Shown here piece by piece: positions 12,601-24,394 of a stretch of DNA of 64,000 bases. The stretch's first letter is position 1, and each line of letters opens with the position of its first letter. A program made the position numbers and the translations under genes. This DNA comes from Mobula hypostoma (taxonomy: Eukaryota), in assembly GCF_963921235.1 (NCBI RefSeq), contig NC_086097.1:227604001-227668000 (forward strand), in the 5' to 3' direction. The notes below the pieces were generated by a model. That model worked only from the letters and a program-made list of their open reading frames with translations, made no database searches and was not told where the DNA came from.

Positions 12601-13074
12601 AAATCTAATTACGAAATCAAAATAAGTCACATCTTTTGAGGCTGCTGGTGACATACAACTATTCTCCTCTTCTCTGGACTTGCTTGAGGATGGTGGGATG
12701 TTCTAAAATTTTGCATATCTATCAAAAGTAATTTCATTTGCCTCAATTAAGAAGATAATGCAAAGCCCATTCTGTGGTAAATGCTGTTCCTCCCTGCTGG
12801 GATGCTTTTCATACAGACAAAATTGATTATTTACATGAAAGTAATTCATAATCAATTTCTCCACCCCCCTTTATTTGATCTTTTTGATGTGGAGTTCCAA
12901 CTGTGTTTGTGCAGGATATGTGTCTGACCCAAATGAAGGGTGTTTTTTAAGTGTGGATTAACAGTAATAGCTACTGCTACAGTTCACATGTAAGAAGCAG
13001 ATATCTCAGTGATAATTCCAACCCAATCCTGACTCATAAGGTTATCTTTAGCCAAACCATGTCCAATTAACAGA

Positions 13075-13290
13075 AGACACCCGAGAGACTGCAGATGCTG
13101 GAAATCAAAACACACAAAATGCAGGAAGAATTATGAGTCAGGCATCATCTATAGAACAAAGTGAACACTTGATATTTCACACGTTTCATCGGGACTGAGA
13201 GGTTCTTGACTCAAAATATCAAATGTTCATTTTCCTCCATTAATGCTGCCTGACCTGCTGAGTTCCTCCAGCATTCTGTGGGGTTTGATC
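13075..13290. mobile_element. Degenerate PLE-terminal-repeat foldback element
   Basis: Inverted arms ACACAAAATGC..TCAGGCATCAT / ATGCTGCCTGACCTGCTGAGTTCCTCCAGCATT; TCCAATT on both flanks. Confidence 0.6.
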
Positions 13291-13317
13291 CAATTGGTAG
13301 AAAAACACATATATGTA

Positions 13318-14710
13318 CACTTAATGGCCACTTTCTTAGGTAAACATGCACACCTGCTTGTTAATGCAAATATCTAATTAGCCAATCATGTGGCAGCAAC
13401 TCAATGCATAAAAGCATGTAGACATGGTCAAGAGGTTCAGTTGTTGTTCAGACCAAACATCAGAATGGGGTAGAAATGTGATCTAAGTGACTTTGACTGT
13501 GGAGTGATTTTGGTGCCAGATGGGATGGTTTGAGTATCTCTCAAAATGCTGATCTCTTGGGATTTTCATGCACAACAGTCTCCAGAGTTTACTGAGAGTG
13601 GTGTGAGAAACAATAAAACATTCATTGAGTGGCAATGCTGAGGGCAAAATCACTTTATTAATGAGTGTCACAAAAACTGTGGGTCAACTGTCATAAGAAA
13701 AATAACAAGATGGCTTGAGTCACAAAAATAGATTGAGGTGCGTTTATTTACAAAAATAGTGGGAAAGCAAAAACTTGGCCGTCCACATCAAAACAAGAAA
13801 AAAAAAGAAAAAAATTACAATATATATACAGCTTGCAATTGTCACCTGTCTGGTCAACAGCCACCTTCAGACTAAACAAAAAAAAACAAGACCCAAAGCC
13901 TTGGTAACCCGAGGCTTATAACTGCTAAGCCCCTCCCCCTAGACCAACCAAAAGCTAATTAACTCAATTATCTACTGTTTCACACAATCTGAACTCTACT
14001 GCCAGTTCTCACAACAAACACATATACCTCATCATAGGATTCACCATTTCCCGGTTAAATAACTTAAATAAACCCCAAAACTTTACCACAAGATGGGTAA
14101 TTAGGTAACACAACCCCTGACCCAGTTAAAGATGGTATCCTCCACCATCAGCACACCTGTGCAGGTTGCTGCTGCCTCTATATGAGACACTCTGTGCAGT
14201 AGCTCTGTTTCAGACCCAGTCACTGTGGAGGAGAGAAACGTCAGATTATCATGACACTTCGGCAAAACACTTAATGGAAAGATGAATATGAATAAATTGA
14301 CCTGAGATAATTAAACTGTGACATAGTGTATTTCTTTTTTCCATACCTATTACTGCTGGGGATGAGTGTGAAACTGTGACTGTTGATTTATTGTGATGCG
14401 TTCACTCACCACAATAACAGAGGGGAATAATGTGTGTGGATGACCCTTTGAGCGTTTTACTGAGTGTGCCATGTGCCGTCCGTAATCAGTGACAGACCTT
14501 CGTCACACTGAGAGAGGTCAGAAGAAAATGGCCAGGCTTATTCAAGCAGATAGGAAGGTGACAGTAACTCAAATAGCCATATGTTACAACAGTGGTGTGC
14601 AGAAGAGTATCTCTGAATGCACACATGTTGAATATTAAAATGGATGAGCAACAACAGCAGAGGACCACACCAGGTTCCACTCCTGCACCTAATAAAGTGG
14701 CCACTGAGCG
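13318..14710 (+). mobile_element. Non-autonomous Tc1-like element, interrupted by a solo LTR
   Basis: TA-flanked TIRs of the CACTCAGTGGCCACTTTATTAGG type; remnant of transposase N-terminus (CDLSDFDCG). Confidence 0.85.
13666..14507 (-). mobile_element. Solo LTR (842 bp)
   Basis: TGTCAC...GTCACA termini (TG..CA); 5-bp TSD ATGAG/CTGAG with 1 mismatch restores the Tc1 sequence TTAATGAGAGAGGTCAG; AATAAA and TATAA on the - strand. Confidence 0.75.
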
Positions 14711-14789
14711 TAGGTTCTAGCATTGAACTAGGATGGCCATTTAACATATAAGACTCCGTTACTGATTTGGCTGGCCCAAATCATGGGAT

Positions 14790-14930
14790 TATTCTGTCTG
14801 CTAATGAAGGGTCTCAGCCCAAAATGTCGACTGCTTACTCTTTTCTATGGTTGCTGCCTGGCCTGCTGGGTTCCTCCAGCATTTTGTGTGTGTGTTGCTT
14901 GGATTTTTAGCATCTGCAAATTTTTTCTTA
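14790..14930 (+). mobile_element. PLE terminal-repeat fragment with decayed hammerhead motif
   Basis: CTAATGAAGGGTCTCAGCCCAAAATGTCGACTG followed by GCTGCCTGGCCTGCTGGGTTCCTCCAGCATTTTGTGTG. Confidence 0.65.
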
Positions 14931-15339
14931 TTTTAGATAGGCTCCTGAATAAGAGAAGAATGGAGGGCTATGGAAGAGGGAAGGATTACATTAATCTGAG
15001 AACAGGTGAAATGGTTTTCAAAACATCATGGGCTCAAAAGCCTGTCCTGTGCTGTAATATTCTGTTTTCTTAACAGGAGCTAAATAAAAATATGATGGCC
15101 AATCCCAGGTCCCTGACCATTGAGTTCCTTTAGCATTTTGTGTGTGTTGATCCAGATTTTCGTCATCTGCAGTCTCTCATGTGTCTTCTGTTAATTGGAC
15201 AAGGTTTGGCTAAAGTCAGGGGTGGGGTGGAATTAGCATTGACACATCTACTTGTCCCAAACTTCTTGGCGTGCAGGGAAGAATTTCTAATGAAAGATTG
15301 TGGAAAACTGCGATCAACCTGAAATATTAGATGGGTTTC

Positions 15340-15640
15340 TCTCTACGCAATAGGGAACTGAGGGACAGGTGTAGAAGAGATAAAGAGAAGAGGAAGTGTG
15401 AAGACAACTTACAAAAAAAAGATAAGCATTGCTGACCGAGCAATGAAAGGTAATTCAGCAATGAGAGGGAGACAGATGGAGGGGGAGAAAAGGATGGAGA
15501 GAAAGGGAGGGAGAGAAGGAGTAAGAGGGAGAGACAGGGAGAAAGAGAGAGATGAAATTGGGTATAGCAAAAAAGTAAAGGAAGGACATAAACAGGAAAA
15601 GGAAATACACTAATAAATAGAGATGAGAGAAGAAATAAGA
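15340..15640. repeat. GA-rich low-complexity tract
   Basis: Purine-rich imperfect (GA)n/(GGA)n sequence. Confidence 0.7.
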
Positions 15641-15979
15641 CTTCCAAAATGACAAGCTTTAAATAATTTGAATCAAAGTGGATAAAGCATGGATTCAGCA
15701 TTGTGAGATCAACAAACGTGCTCCCCTTGGAGAGCAGCCATTTTATTTTCTACATCCAGTTTTGGGCATTGACAAATAAACTGTTTACAATGCAAGTTCG
15801 ACCTGAGGTTCCGAAGGTTACCTCATTCTTTTCCCCTTGTTTGGATGTAGAGACATACAATACTGAAAACAAAACTGCAGAACTAAAAATTTATTTACTG
15901 TATAATCTCAACTCAGCTGGTAGTTCTGTCACTTGTGAAAGACACAGTACAGGATGTGTTGAAACATCACAATAGATCT

Positions 15980-17640
15980 TGTGAGTGCCATTGCTACTAC
16001 AAAAGAAAAAGTACTAGGCAAACTAAAAGATCTTAACATGGATAAGACACCTGGACCAGATGGACTACCTTCCAGAGTCCTGAGAAAGATTGCAAAAGAG
16101 ATAATGGATGCATTGGTCAAGATCTTTCAAGAGTCACTTGATTCTGGCAGGTCCCAAAGGACTGGAAGATTGCAAATGTCACTCCACTCTTTAAGAAGGG
16201 AGGAAGGCAAAAGAAAGGAAATTATGGGCCAGTTAGTCATACTTCAATGGTTGAGAAAGTGTTGGAGTCCACTATGAAGGAAGAGGTTTTGAGGTACTTG
16301 GAGACTGATGATAAAATAAGTCAAATTCAGCATGGTTTCTGTCAAGGGAAATCTTGTCTGACAAATTTGTTAGAGTTCTTTGAGGAAGTATCAAGCAGGG
16401 TAGACAAAGGAGAGGCAGCGGGTGACGTTTACTTGGATTTTCAGAAGGCATTTGATAAGGTGCCACACATGAGGCTGTTTAACAAGATAAATCCTGTGTT
16501 ATTGCAGGAAAGATATTAGCATGAATAGAGCAGTGGCTGATAGGCAGGAGGCAGCGAGTGAGAATAAAAAGGGCCTTTTCTGGTTGGCTGCTACTGAGTG
16601 GTAGTGTCCATCGGGGGTCTGTATTGGGACCACTACCTTTCATGTTGTTTCTCAATGATTTGGATAATGGGATTGATGGCATTGTGGTAAAGTTTGCAGA
16701 TGATACGAAGATAGGTGGAGGGGTAGGTAGTGCTGAGGAAGCAATGTGATTACAGCAGGACTTAGATAAGTTGAAAGAATGGGCAAAAAAGTGGCAGATG
16801 GAATACAGTGTTGGGAAATGTATGAGTACACATTTTGGTAAAAGGAACAATAGTGTGGGCTATTATCTAAATTGGGAGAAGATACAAACATTAGAGGTGC
16901 AGAGTGACTTAGGAATCCTCATGCAAGACTCCCAGAATGTTAATTTACAGGTTGAGTCTGTGGTAAAGAAGGCAAATGCAATGTTGGCATTTATTTCAAG
17001 GTGAATGGAAAATAAAAGCAAGGTGATAATGCTAAGGCTTTATAAGACACTAGTCAGGCTGCACTTGGAGTATAGTCAACAGTTTTGGGCCCCATATCTC
17101 AGAAAGGATATGTTGTCATTGCTGAGTCCAGAGAATGTTCACAAGAATGATTCCAGGAATGAAGTGATTAACATATGAAGAGCGTTTGGCAGCTTTGGGT
17201 CTGTACACACTGGAATTTAGAAGAATGTGGTGGGGGGGGGGTGGATCTCAATGAAACCTACCGAATGAAGAAAGCACTAGATAGGGTGGATGTGCAGAGG
17301 ACTTTTCCTATGGTGGGGGTATCCAGAACTAGAGGGCACAGCCTCAAAGTTGAGGGGTGACCTTTTAGAATGGAGGTAAGGAGGAATATTTTGAGCCAGA
17401 GAGAAGTGAATCTATGGAATGCTCTGCCACAGACTGCAGTGGAGGCCAAGTTCATCAGTATATTTAAGGTGGAAGTTGATAGTTTTCTGATCAGTCAGAG
17501 CATCGAAGGACATGGTGAGAAGGCAGGTATATGGAGTTCAGTGGGATCTGGGATCAGACATGATGGAATGGTGGAGCAGACTCAATGGGCTGAATGGCCT
17601 AATTCTGCTCCTGTGTCTTATGGGCTTATGGTCTTATAAA
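15980..17640 (+). mobile_element. 5'-truncated degenerate CR1 LINE (RT)
   Basis: [54 protein letters not shown]-type tail. Confidence 0.92.
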
Positions 17641-18139
17641 CATGTGGTTCATCTCATTTGAAATAGTGTCCTTATGTCATAGCATTTCTTCATTTCATTT
17701 GTCCGGAACAAACAGGAGCATCAACTCTTGCAAAGTGGATGCCAAGATTCCTGTACTTTCCTCTGACAGCAGCTAGTGAGAAGGAGAGGAAGACTGGTTA
17801 AACACAGGCAGATGGAACCGAACACTCTCCTGTACTCCAATCTCAATACCACCTCAAATCATTGTTTCAAATACTAATTGAGCTTATAATAAGATGGCCA
17901 TACCATGCCGTGAACTGCTGCAGGTACAAAAGAATACATCAATGAAATTCAACTTAATTTTAATTGGCTCTGCTGTCTCAAAGCTCCAGAAAACAAACAG
18001 AGACAGAAAGAGAAAGAGAGAGAGGAAAGAGAGCAAAAGGAATTATTTGGGTATTTAAGAAAGTGAGAGTGAAGGCAAGAGCAAGGCTAAAGCCCTTTCC
18101 TAACAAATTCCTTGGTAAACACAAGAAATTCTCCAGATA

Positions 18140-19235
18140 TTGGAAATCCAAAGCAACACACACAAAATGCTGAAGGAACTCAGCAGGTCAGGCAGCATCT
18201 AGGAAAATGAATAAACAGTCGACATTTCAGAATGATACCCTTCTTCAAGACTGGAAAGTAACGGGAAAGATGACAGAATATAAAAGATAGGAGGAGGGCA
18301 AGGAGGACAGATAGAAGGTGATAGGTGAAGCCCGGTGGGTATGAAAGGTAGAAATATGATTGTAGAGAAGAGTGGACCATAGGAGAAAGGGAAGGATGAG
18401 GGAACTCAAGGGGCTGTGATAGGCAAGTAAGAAGAGGCAAGGGGCCAGAGAATTATGTGCTAGATGCAAAGGCTCATGGGGTTGGCAGGAAAGGACAAGA
18501 GGAACTATCATTGTCAAGGCAGCGGGAAGATAGGGTGAGCACAAATGTTCAGGAAATGGAGGAGATGTGGGTGAGGGCAACGTCAATGGTGGAAGAAGGG
18601 AAACCCCATACTTTGAAGGAAGAGGACATCTATGATGCCCTGGAAGGGAAAGACAGATCCTTGGAACAGATGTGACAGTGCAAAGGAACTGAGAAAAATG
18701 AATAGCATTTTTGCAGGAGACAGATTGGGAAGAGGCATAGTCAAGATAACCATGGGAATTGGTGGGTTTATAAAAGATGTTGCTCAACAGTTTGTCTGCA
18801 GAGATGGAGACAGAGACTTTGAGAAAAGGGGAGAGGTGTCAGAAATGGAGCAAATGAGGTTAAGGGCAAAGTGGAAGTTGGAGGCAAAGTTAGTGAAATT
18901 GATGAGCTTAGCATGGGTGCATGAAGCAGCACCAATGCAGTCATCAATGTAGTGCAGGAAGAGTTGGGGAGTAGTACCAGGGAAGGTTTGGAACATGGAC
19001 TCAACGTAGCCAATGAAAAGGCAGGCATAGCTGGGGCCCATGTAGGTGCACTCAAGTCTGGAGACTGTGGAAGGAGCTGAAGGAAAAATTGTTGAGTGTA
19101 AGGACCAGTTCTGCCAGATGGAGGAGAGTGGTGGTGGAGGGGAACTGGTTGGTTCTTTTAATGAGAAAGAAGTGGAAGAAAGAACTCCTTGGTAACCCAC
19201 CATCAAAGAAAGGCTGTTCCAAAATATAAACTTCT
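18140..19235 (-). mobile_element. Penelope-like element: RT fragment plus terminal repeat
   Basis: MGPSYACLFIGYVE, LFLHYIDDC and FYKPTNSHGYLDYASS..CKNAIHFSQFL are PLE RT motifs; terminal repeat at 18140-18260. No GIY-YIG domain seen. Confidence 0.88.
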
Positions 19236-19660
19236 ATTCCTTTTAACATTCTAATAAAACTATGGGAAAATTCCAGCCTTTTCCATTTTGTTTAAGTAAC
19301 AGTAAGTGTATGTCTACAGGCTGTGAGTTTAACCAGTTCTAATGAAGCAGAAAATTGTTATTTTAGCTCTGTGAGGAAGGCATCCTAATGAATACAAGGA
19401 AAGTCATTAGAATATTATGAAATTCAGACGTTGAGCTTGATTCTTCAATTTGATATTTTTAAAGGTTGAAAAATGATGTGCCTATAGCCCAGTCTGCTTT
19501 CTGTCCATTGATTTAAATGAATAGAAAATTGGAGATTGTAGATTTTCACTTTACTGGAAAGCATTCTGTTCAAGTACTGCTCCTTTTTGAACATCCTGAT
19601 AGACAGCTTCAATGTATTGGGTTCATTTATTCCATTGCCATATTTTAGCATGGAAACATA

Positions 19661-20210
19661 CACTCAGTGGCCACTTTATTAGGTACAGGAGTATAGCCCA
19701 GTATGGTCTTCTTCTGCCGTAGTCCATCCACTCGTAGTTTCGACTTGGGCATTCAGAGATGCTCTTCTGTACACTGCTGTTCTAATGAGCAGTTATTAGA
19801 GTTATTGTTGCCTTCCTGTCCACTTAAACCAGTCCAGCCATTCTCCCTCGACCGCTCTCATTAACAAGGCATTTTTGCCCACAGAACTGCCGCTTTGTGG
19901 ATTTTTTTTTTGTTTGTTTTTTGAACCATTCTCTGTAAACTCTAGCCATTGCAGTGCGTAAAAATCCCAGGAGATCAGCAGTTTCTGAGATACTCAAACC
20001 ACCCTCTTTGGAACCAAAAATCATTCCACAGCTAAAGTCACTTAGATTACACTTCTTTTCCATTTGTATGTTTGGTCTGAACAACAACTGAACCTCTTGA
20101 TCATGTATCTCTGCTTTTATGCAGTGAGTTGCTTCCACATGATCGGCTGATTACATATTTGTATTAACAAGGAGGTGTACAGGTACACTTAATAATATGG
20201 CCACAGAGAG
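19661..20210 (-). mobile_element. Non-autonomous Tc1-like element
   Basis: TA|CACTCAGTGGCCACTTTATTAGG...TGGCCACAGAGAG|TA; HTH remnant MEKKCNLSDFSCGMIFG..LSISETADLLGF. Confidence 0.88.
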
Positions 20211-20453
20211 TATATATTTGATATTGCTTTAGGCTTAAGGATGTTTAAGGAGCAGCCCTGATGTTGAAATGCTCACTGTCATACCAGCACTACAGTTATC
20301 AAACATATTGTATTTAATATGATGTATGAGAAAACCCAGGCACATGTTCAGCCCCAAAACAGGCAATGGGTACAGAGACTTGTGTGTTTTTCACTGGAGC
20401 TGGTTTTATGTCAAAATATATTCAGAAACCCTGTTTTTCCATAATATATCTAG

Positions 20454-20511
20454 AATATTCTGGATACAAATTATCAGTGGGGAGAATTTCTCTAACTTTC
20501 GTGTCAGAAAG
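20454..20511 (+). CDS. Candidate upstream coding exon (58 nt)
   Basis: Acceptor ttccataatatatctag, donor AAG|gtaatg. Two open frames: YSGYKLSVGRISLTFVSE (phase fits exon 34504) or IFWIQIISGENFSNFRVRK (phase fits exon 11604). Confidence 0.35.
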
Positions 20512-22089
20512 GTAATGTGATTAAAGGAAAGTAAATTTCTTTGACAACACGCTTGGTGTTGTTAGTCTTGCTTAGATGGTCACTTTAAGCAAATTACATC
20601 TAATTGCTTGCTGAAGAAATCCCAGAGGGAAAGAAGAGAGTGCGGGTGGATGGATTCATCTATTTCCTTATTTCTGAAAATGAGCTGAAATCGTAATTTA
20701 TTGCCCTTGGATCAAAATAAATTATAATAAGTGCTACGACCTTTGGTAACAGTAGCTGACATGCCAGCGATGGATTTTTCTTACACTGTGAGCTCTGAAT
20801 GATGCAAGTACCTGAAGCCAGACAACAAAAATATATCAGTAAACCTTGCTAAAAACAAAAATCCATCAAGTCCATTAAATTTTAAACTGGCTATTCCTAA
20901 ATTGGTTTAATGTCCTAAATGGTACGCACTTATGTCCATAATGATGCATTGCAGTTGGTACATCTTTTGCTGAGCAAATTATATTATATTATTTGATTTT
21001 ATTTTAATATAATGATATTGGAAGGAGCATTACACATTGTTAAATATCATTATATCATGTAAGTGCCCTTACATGTATTTGAGTAAATGCAGTTAATATA
21101 GAGGGCCTTAATCTTATTTTGATTGTCAACTGTCCACACGTAAGTAGTTGTGCACAGAATGCTAATCTGACCTCATTAAACTGTCACAGGGTTATGATCA
21201 GAGTATCCAGTGAATATTGGGAAATAATGCTATGTATGGTCCTTACACCATTACAATATTAGGCCTCAAGGGAATAGTCTGCTTAATGGCTGTAAGAAAC
21301 ATAGAGTATATCATGCAATGAGACTAAATTCATTTTAATTCTTTGTAAACAATAAGCAGAGTGAAATCAAGGCACAAGAGATAATACAAAAGGGTGAAAA
21401 TCCCATTATCAGCAGAAATAAGCGCAATGAATTAACGAAAAAAAAACATCCACCATCTCATTTGTAAGCTTCGGTGAACCATAGCAGCTGCTTCTTTTTT
21501 TCCATACCAGCAACTGCAGCTTTCTTTAATTTACTTGCAGGAATAGGATTCAAAAAAAATTACCAGAAATCTACAGACTATTTTAAGTCGACAGAAAATA
21601 ATCTTTACTGATAGAAAAATGAAGTGTACGTAAGAAACATTTCTGGAAGTTACAGGATTAATACATGATGGTTTGCTGGCCATTGTAATAGACATAACTG
21701 TGGAAATGAGTTACGGTATTACTCTAACAGAATCTTATTCACTTTGGGTTATTTCCCAGAATGCATCCTTTGAGAAAACAATAGACCATGAGACCATAAG
21801 ATACGGGAGCAGAATTAGGAAATTTAGCCCATAAAGTCAATTGTTAATAGATGGGTATTTAGGGTTAAACCAATTTAAGATTAGTGGATAGCCACATGTT
21901 GGAATTTAAGTTCGCTGAATTTGAAGAGGCTTGTTCCTAATATTATAGTCATGTGTGTTTGACTGTCCATTCTTATACATCTTCCATGGACACACACTGT
22001 TCTGCTTGTCCCAATGCACAGAGATCTGAATATGGACACTTCTGGAATTAGGTCAAACTTGAGATCACGTCTGAATATTAAAATAAACA

Positions 22090-22599
22090 ACACACATCAA
22101 AGTCGCTGGTGAACGCAGCAGGCCAGGCAGCATCTGTAGGAAGAGGTGCAGTCGACGTTTCAGGCCGAGACCCTTCGTCAGGACTAACTGAAGGAAGAGT
22201 GAGTAAGGGATTTGAAAGTTGGAGGGGGAGGGGGAGATCCAAAATGATAGGAGAAGACAGGAGGGGGAGGGATGGAGCCAAGAGCTGGACAGGTGATAGG
22301 CAAAAGGGGATACGAGAGGATCATGGGACAGGAGGTCCGGGGAGAAAGACAAGGGGGGGGGTGATCCAGAGGATGGGCAAGAGGTATATTCAGAGGGACA
22401 GAGGGAGAAAAAGGAGAGTGAGAGAAAGAATGTGTGCATAAAAATAAGTAACAGATGGGGTACGAGGGGGAGATGGGGCCTTAGCCTGAAACGTCGACTG
22501 CACTTCTTCCTACAGATGCTGCCTGGCCTGCTGCGTTCACCAGCAACTTTGATGTGTGTTGCTTGAATTTCCAGCATCTGCAGAATTCCTGTTGTTTGC
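22090..22599. mobile_element. PLE-derived foldback element with 13-bp TSD
   Basis: ~75-bp near-perfect inverted arms (22090-22165 and 22484-22560), purine-rich spacer, TSD ATTAAAATAAACA at 22077-22089 and 22600-22612. Confidence 0.85.
22150..22185 (-). ncRNA. Minimal type I hammerhead ribozyme
   Basis: Minus strand reads AGUC-CUGACGA-AGG gucucgg CCU-GAAA-CGUC-GACU: stem I AGUC/GACU, intact core, stem II AGG/CCU, palindromic ACGU in place of stem III, GUC cleavage triplet. Confidence 0.75.
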
Positions 22600-22849
22600 A
22601 TTAAAATAAACAGCTCTCTTGGTGGAAAACTTAGGTTGGCCACAAGGAATTTCCTGACGGTAGGGAGCTTGGGATTATCCTATGCTTTGAAAAGGTGGAC
22701 CTACTGTTGGCAGCAAGAAAGTTTGCCCCAATTGGTTCTCTAGTACAGGAACATAAACCAACAGTGTGTGCTCTGGTATAGTGATTGGAGAGCAAAGGTA
22801 TGCAGAAACACAACTAGCTTTTCCTATCGCGCCAAGTCCCAACATACAT

Positions 22850-23250
22850 AGGGTTATAGAGTAGAACAGCAAAGAACCAGGCCCTTTGGCCCATCTAGTC
22901 CATGCTGAACTATAATATACCTAATCCCATTGACTTGTACCTAGGCTATCGCCATCCATACCCCTCTATTCCATTTAATTATCCAAACTTCTCTAAAATA
23001 TTGAAATCAAACCCGCACTGCCACTTCTGCTGGCAGCTCAGTCCATACTCTCACCACCTTCTAAGTGAAGAATTTCTCTGTCATGTTCCCCTTAAATATT
23101 TTGACTTTCACTCTTAATCCGTGACCCCTAGTTCTGAGCCCAACTTCAGTGGTAAAAACCTGCTTGTACTTAGGACTTTATATACCTCTATCAAATCTCT
23201 CCTCCTTCTCCTCCGATCCAGGGAATAAAGTCCTAACCTATTCAGCCTTT
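22850..23250 (-). mobile_element. CR1 3'-end fragment
   Basis: RLNRLGLYSLDRRRRRRDLIEVYK followed by CR1 3' UTR. Confidence 0.8.
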
Positions 23251-23553
23251 GGGGCGTGGCCAAGTGGTTAAGGCGTTGGTCTAGTGATCTGAAGGTCATT
23301 AGTTTGAGCCTCAGCTGAGGCAATGTGTTGTGTCCTTGAGCAAGGTACTTAACCACACATTGCTCTGCGATGACAGCAGTGCCAAGCTGTATTGGCCCTT
23401 GTGCCCTTCCCTTGGACATCATTGGTGGCGTGGAGAAGGGAGACTTGCAGCATGGGCAATTGCTGGTCTTCCATACAACCTTGCCCAGGCCTGCGTCCTG
23501 GAAAACTTCCAAGGTGCAAATCCATGGTCTCATGAGACTAACGGATGCCTATA
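23251..23553 (+). mobile_element. tRNA-headed SINE with RTE-related body and tail
   Basis: A box TGGCCAAGTGG, degenerate B box, CORE-like GTGTCCTTGAGCAAGGTACTTAAC, then a block matching the - strand of 58200-58390. Confidence 0.8.
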
Positions 23554-24394
23554 ACTCCAGTGCTCAAGCTTTGGTCTGGTCCATTTAAGCACTATGATAT
23601 ACTACCTTTCATTCACCTTAACCATGAAAAATTGCATTTAGCATTATTTGAAACATTTTGTGTTAGCATTCCAAATGAGGCAAATCACCCACCAGGAAGG
23701 CAAATAAGGCAGAATTCAAAATCATTACTATGATTGTCCATGCTAAAGTATGTTGTAGAATTATTTTTTTTTGTAGTTTGACTTTCTGAAGCTTGTTTAT
23801 AGTTTTTACATATACTGTATATGTGTCAGTACTCAGTAATTTTTCCAGTAGTTGTACTATTGCTGATTCTATATTTTTCTAGAAACTTCTCAGTTCTTCT
23901 GCCACTGCATTATATGTTAATTGCTATCAATGGAATGTACTTTTAACTCTAGTCTGAGCATGAGATGACCACAACTTATTTTCCTTTGTTCATTCTTTGT
24001 TCCATAACGCCTCATGAAACAGCAGCAAACACCAAGTTTTATGTCTCATTCACGACTATTGAAGAACCTCCAGATTCATATCACCAGATCCAGCAGCCAT
24101 TTAAATGAACCGCTGGAAATACAGCTGCACCAATTTTTCAATTTTCCCACTGGGAGCAGAAAACATGAAAATTATACATTTCTTTAGTTGAAAATGAATA
24201 TGTAATATTTTAAAATGTAAGTAGATATTAATATTCAACAAAACTCATTAAACAATTTCAATTAAAACTCTTCTGGTTGAAATATTAATCAATGAATTGA
24301 ACAATAAAAGAAGAAGAATAAGTTAAAATAAAATTCTCCTACAATTAAGTATCTTCTGATTTATATTTTGGACTTATATTCCATGCTGCTTCTT

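Noticed and set aside
15327..15701. Hydrophobic 124-aa ORF as a membrane protein
   Set aside because: It is an artefact of the CT/GA low-complexity tract.
23251..23325. tRNA gene (also about 9430-9499)
   Set aside because: These are SINE heads with a degenerate cloverleaf that run straight into SINE bodies.
24015..24190. 57-codon + ORF and a minus-strand acceptor in unique sequence
   Set aside because: No compatible splice donor; all minus-strand frames hit stops.
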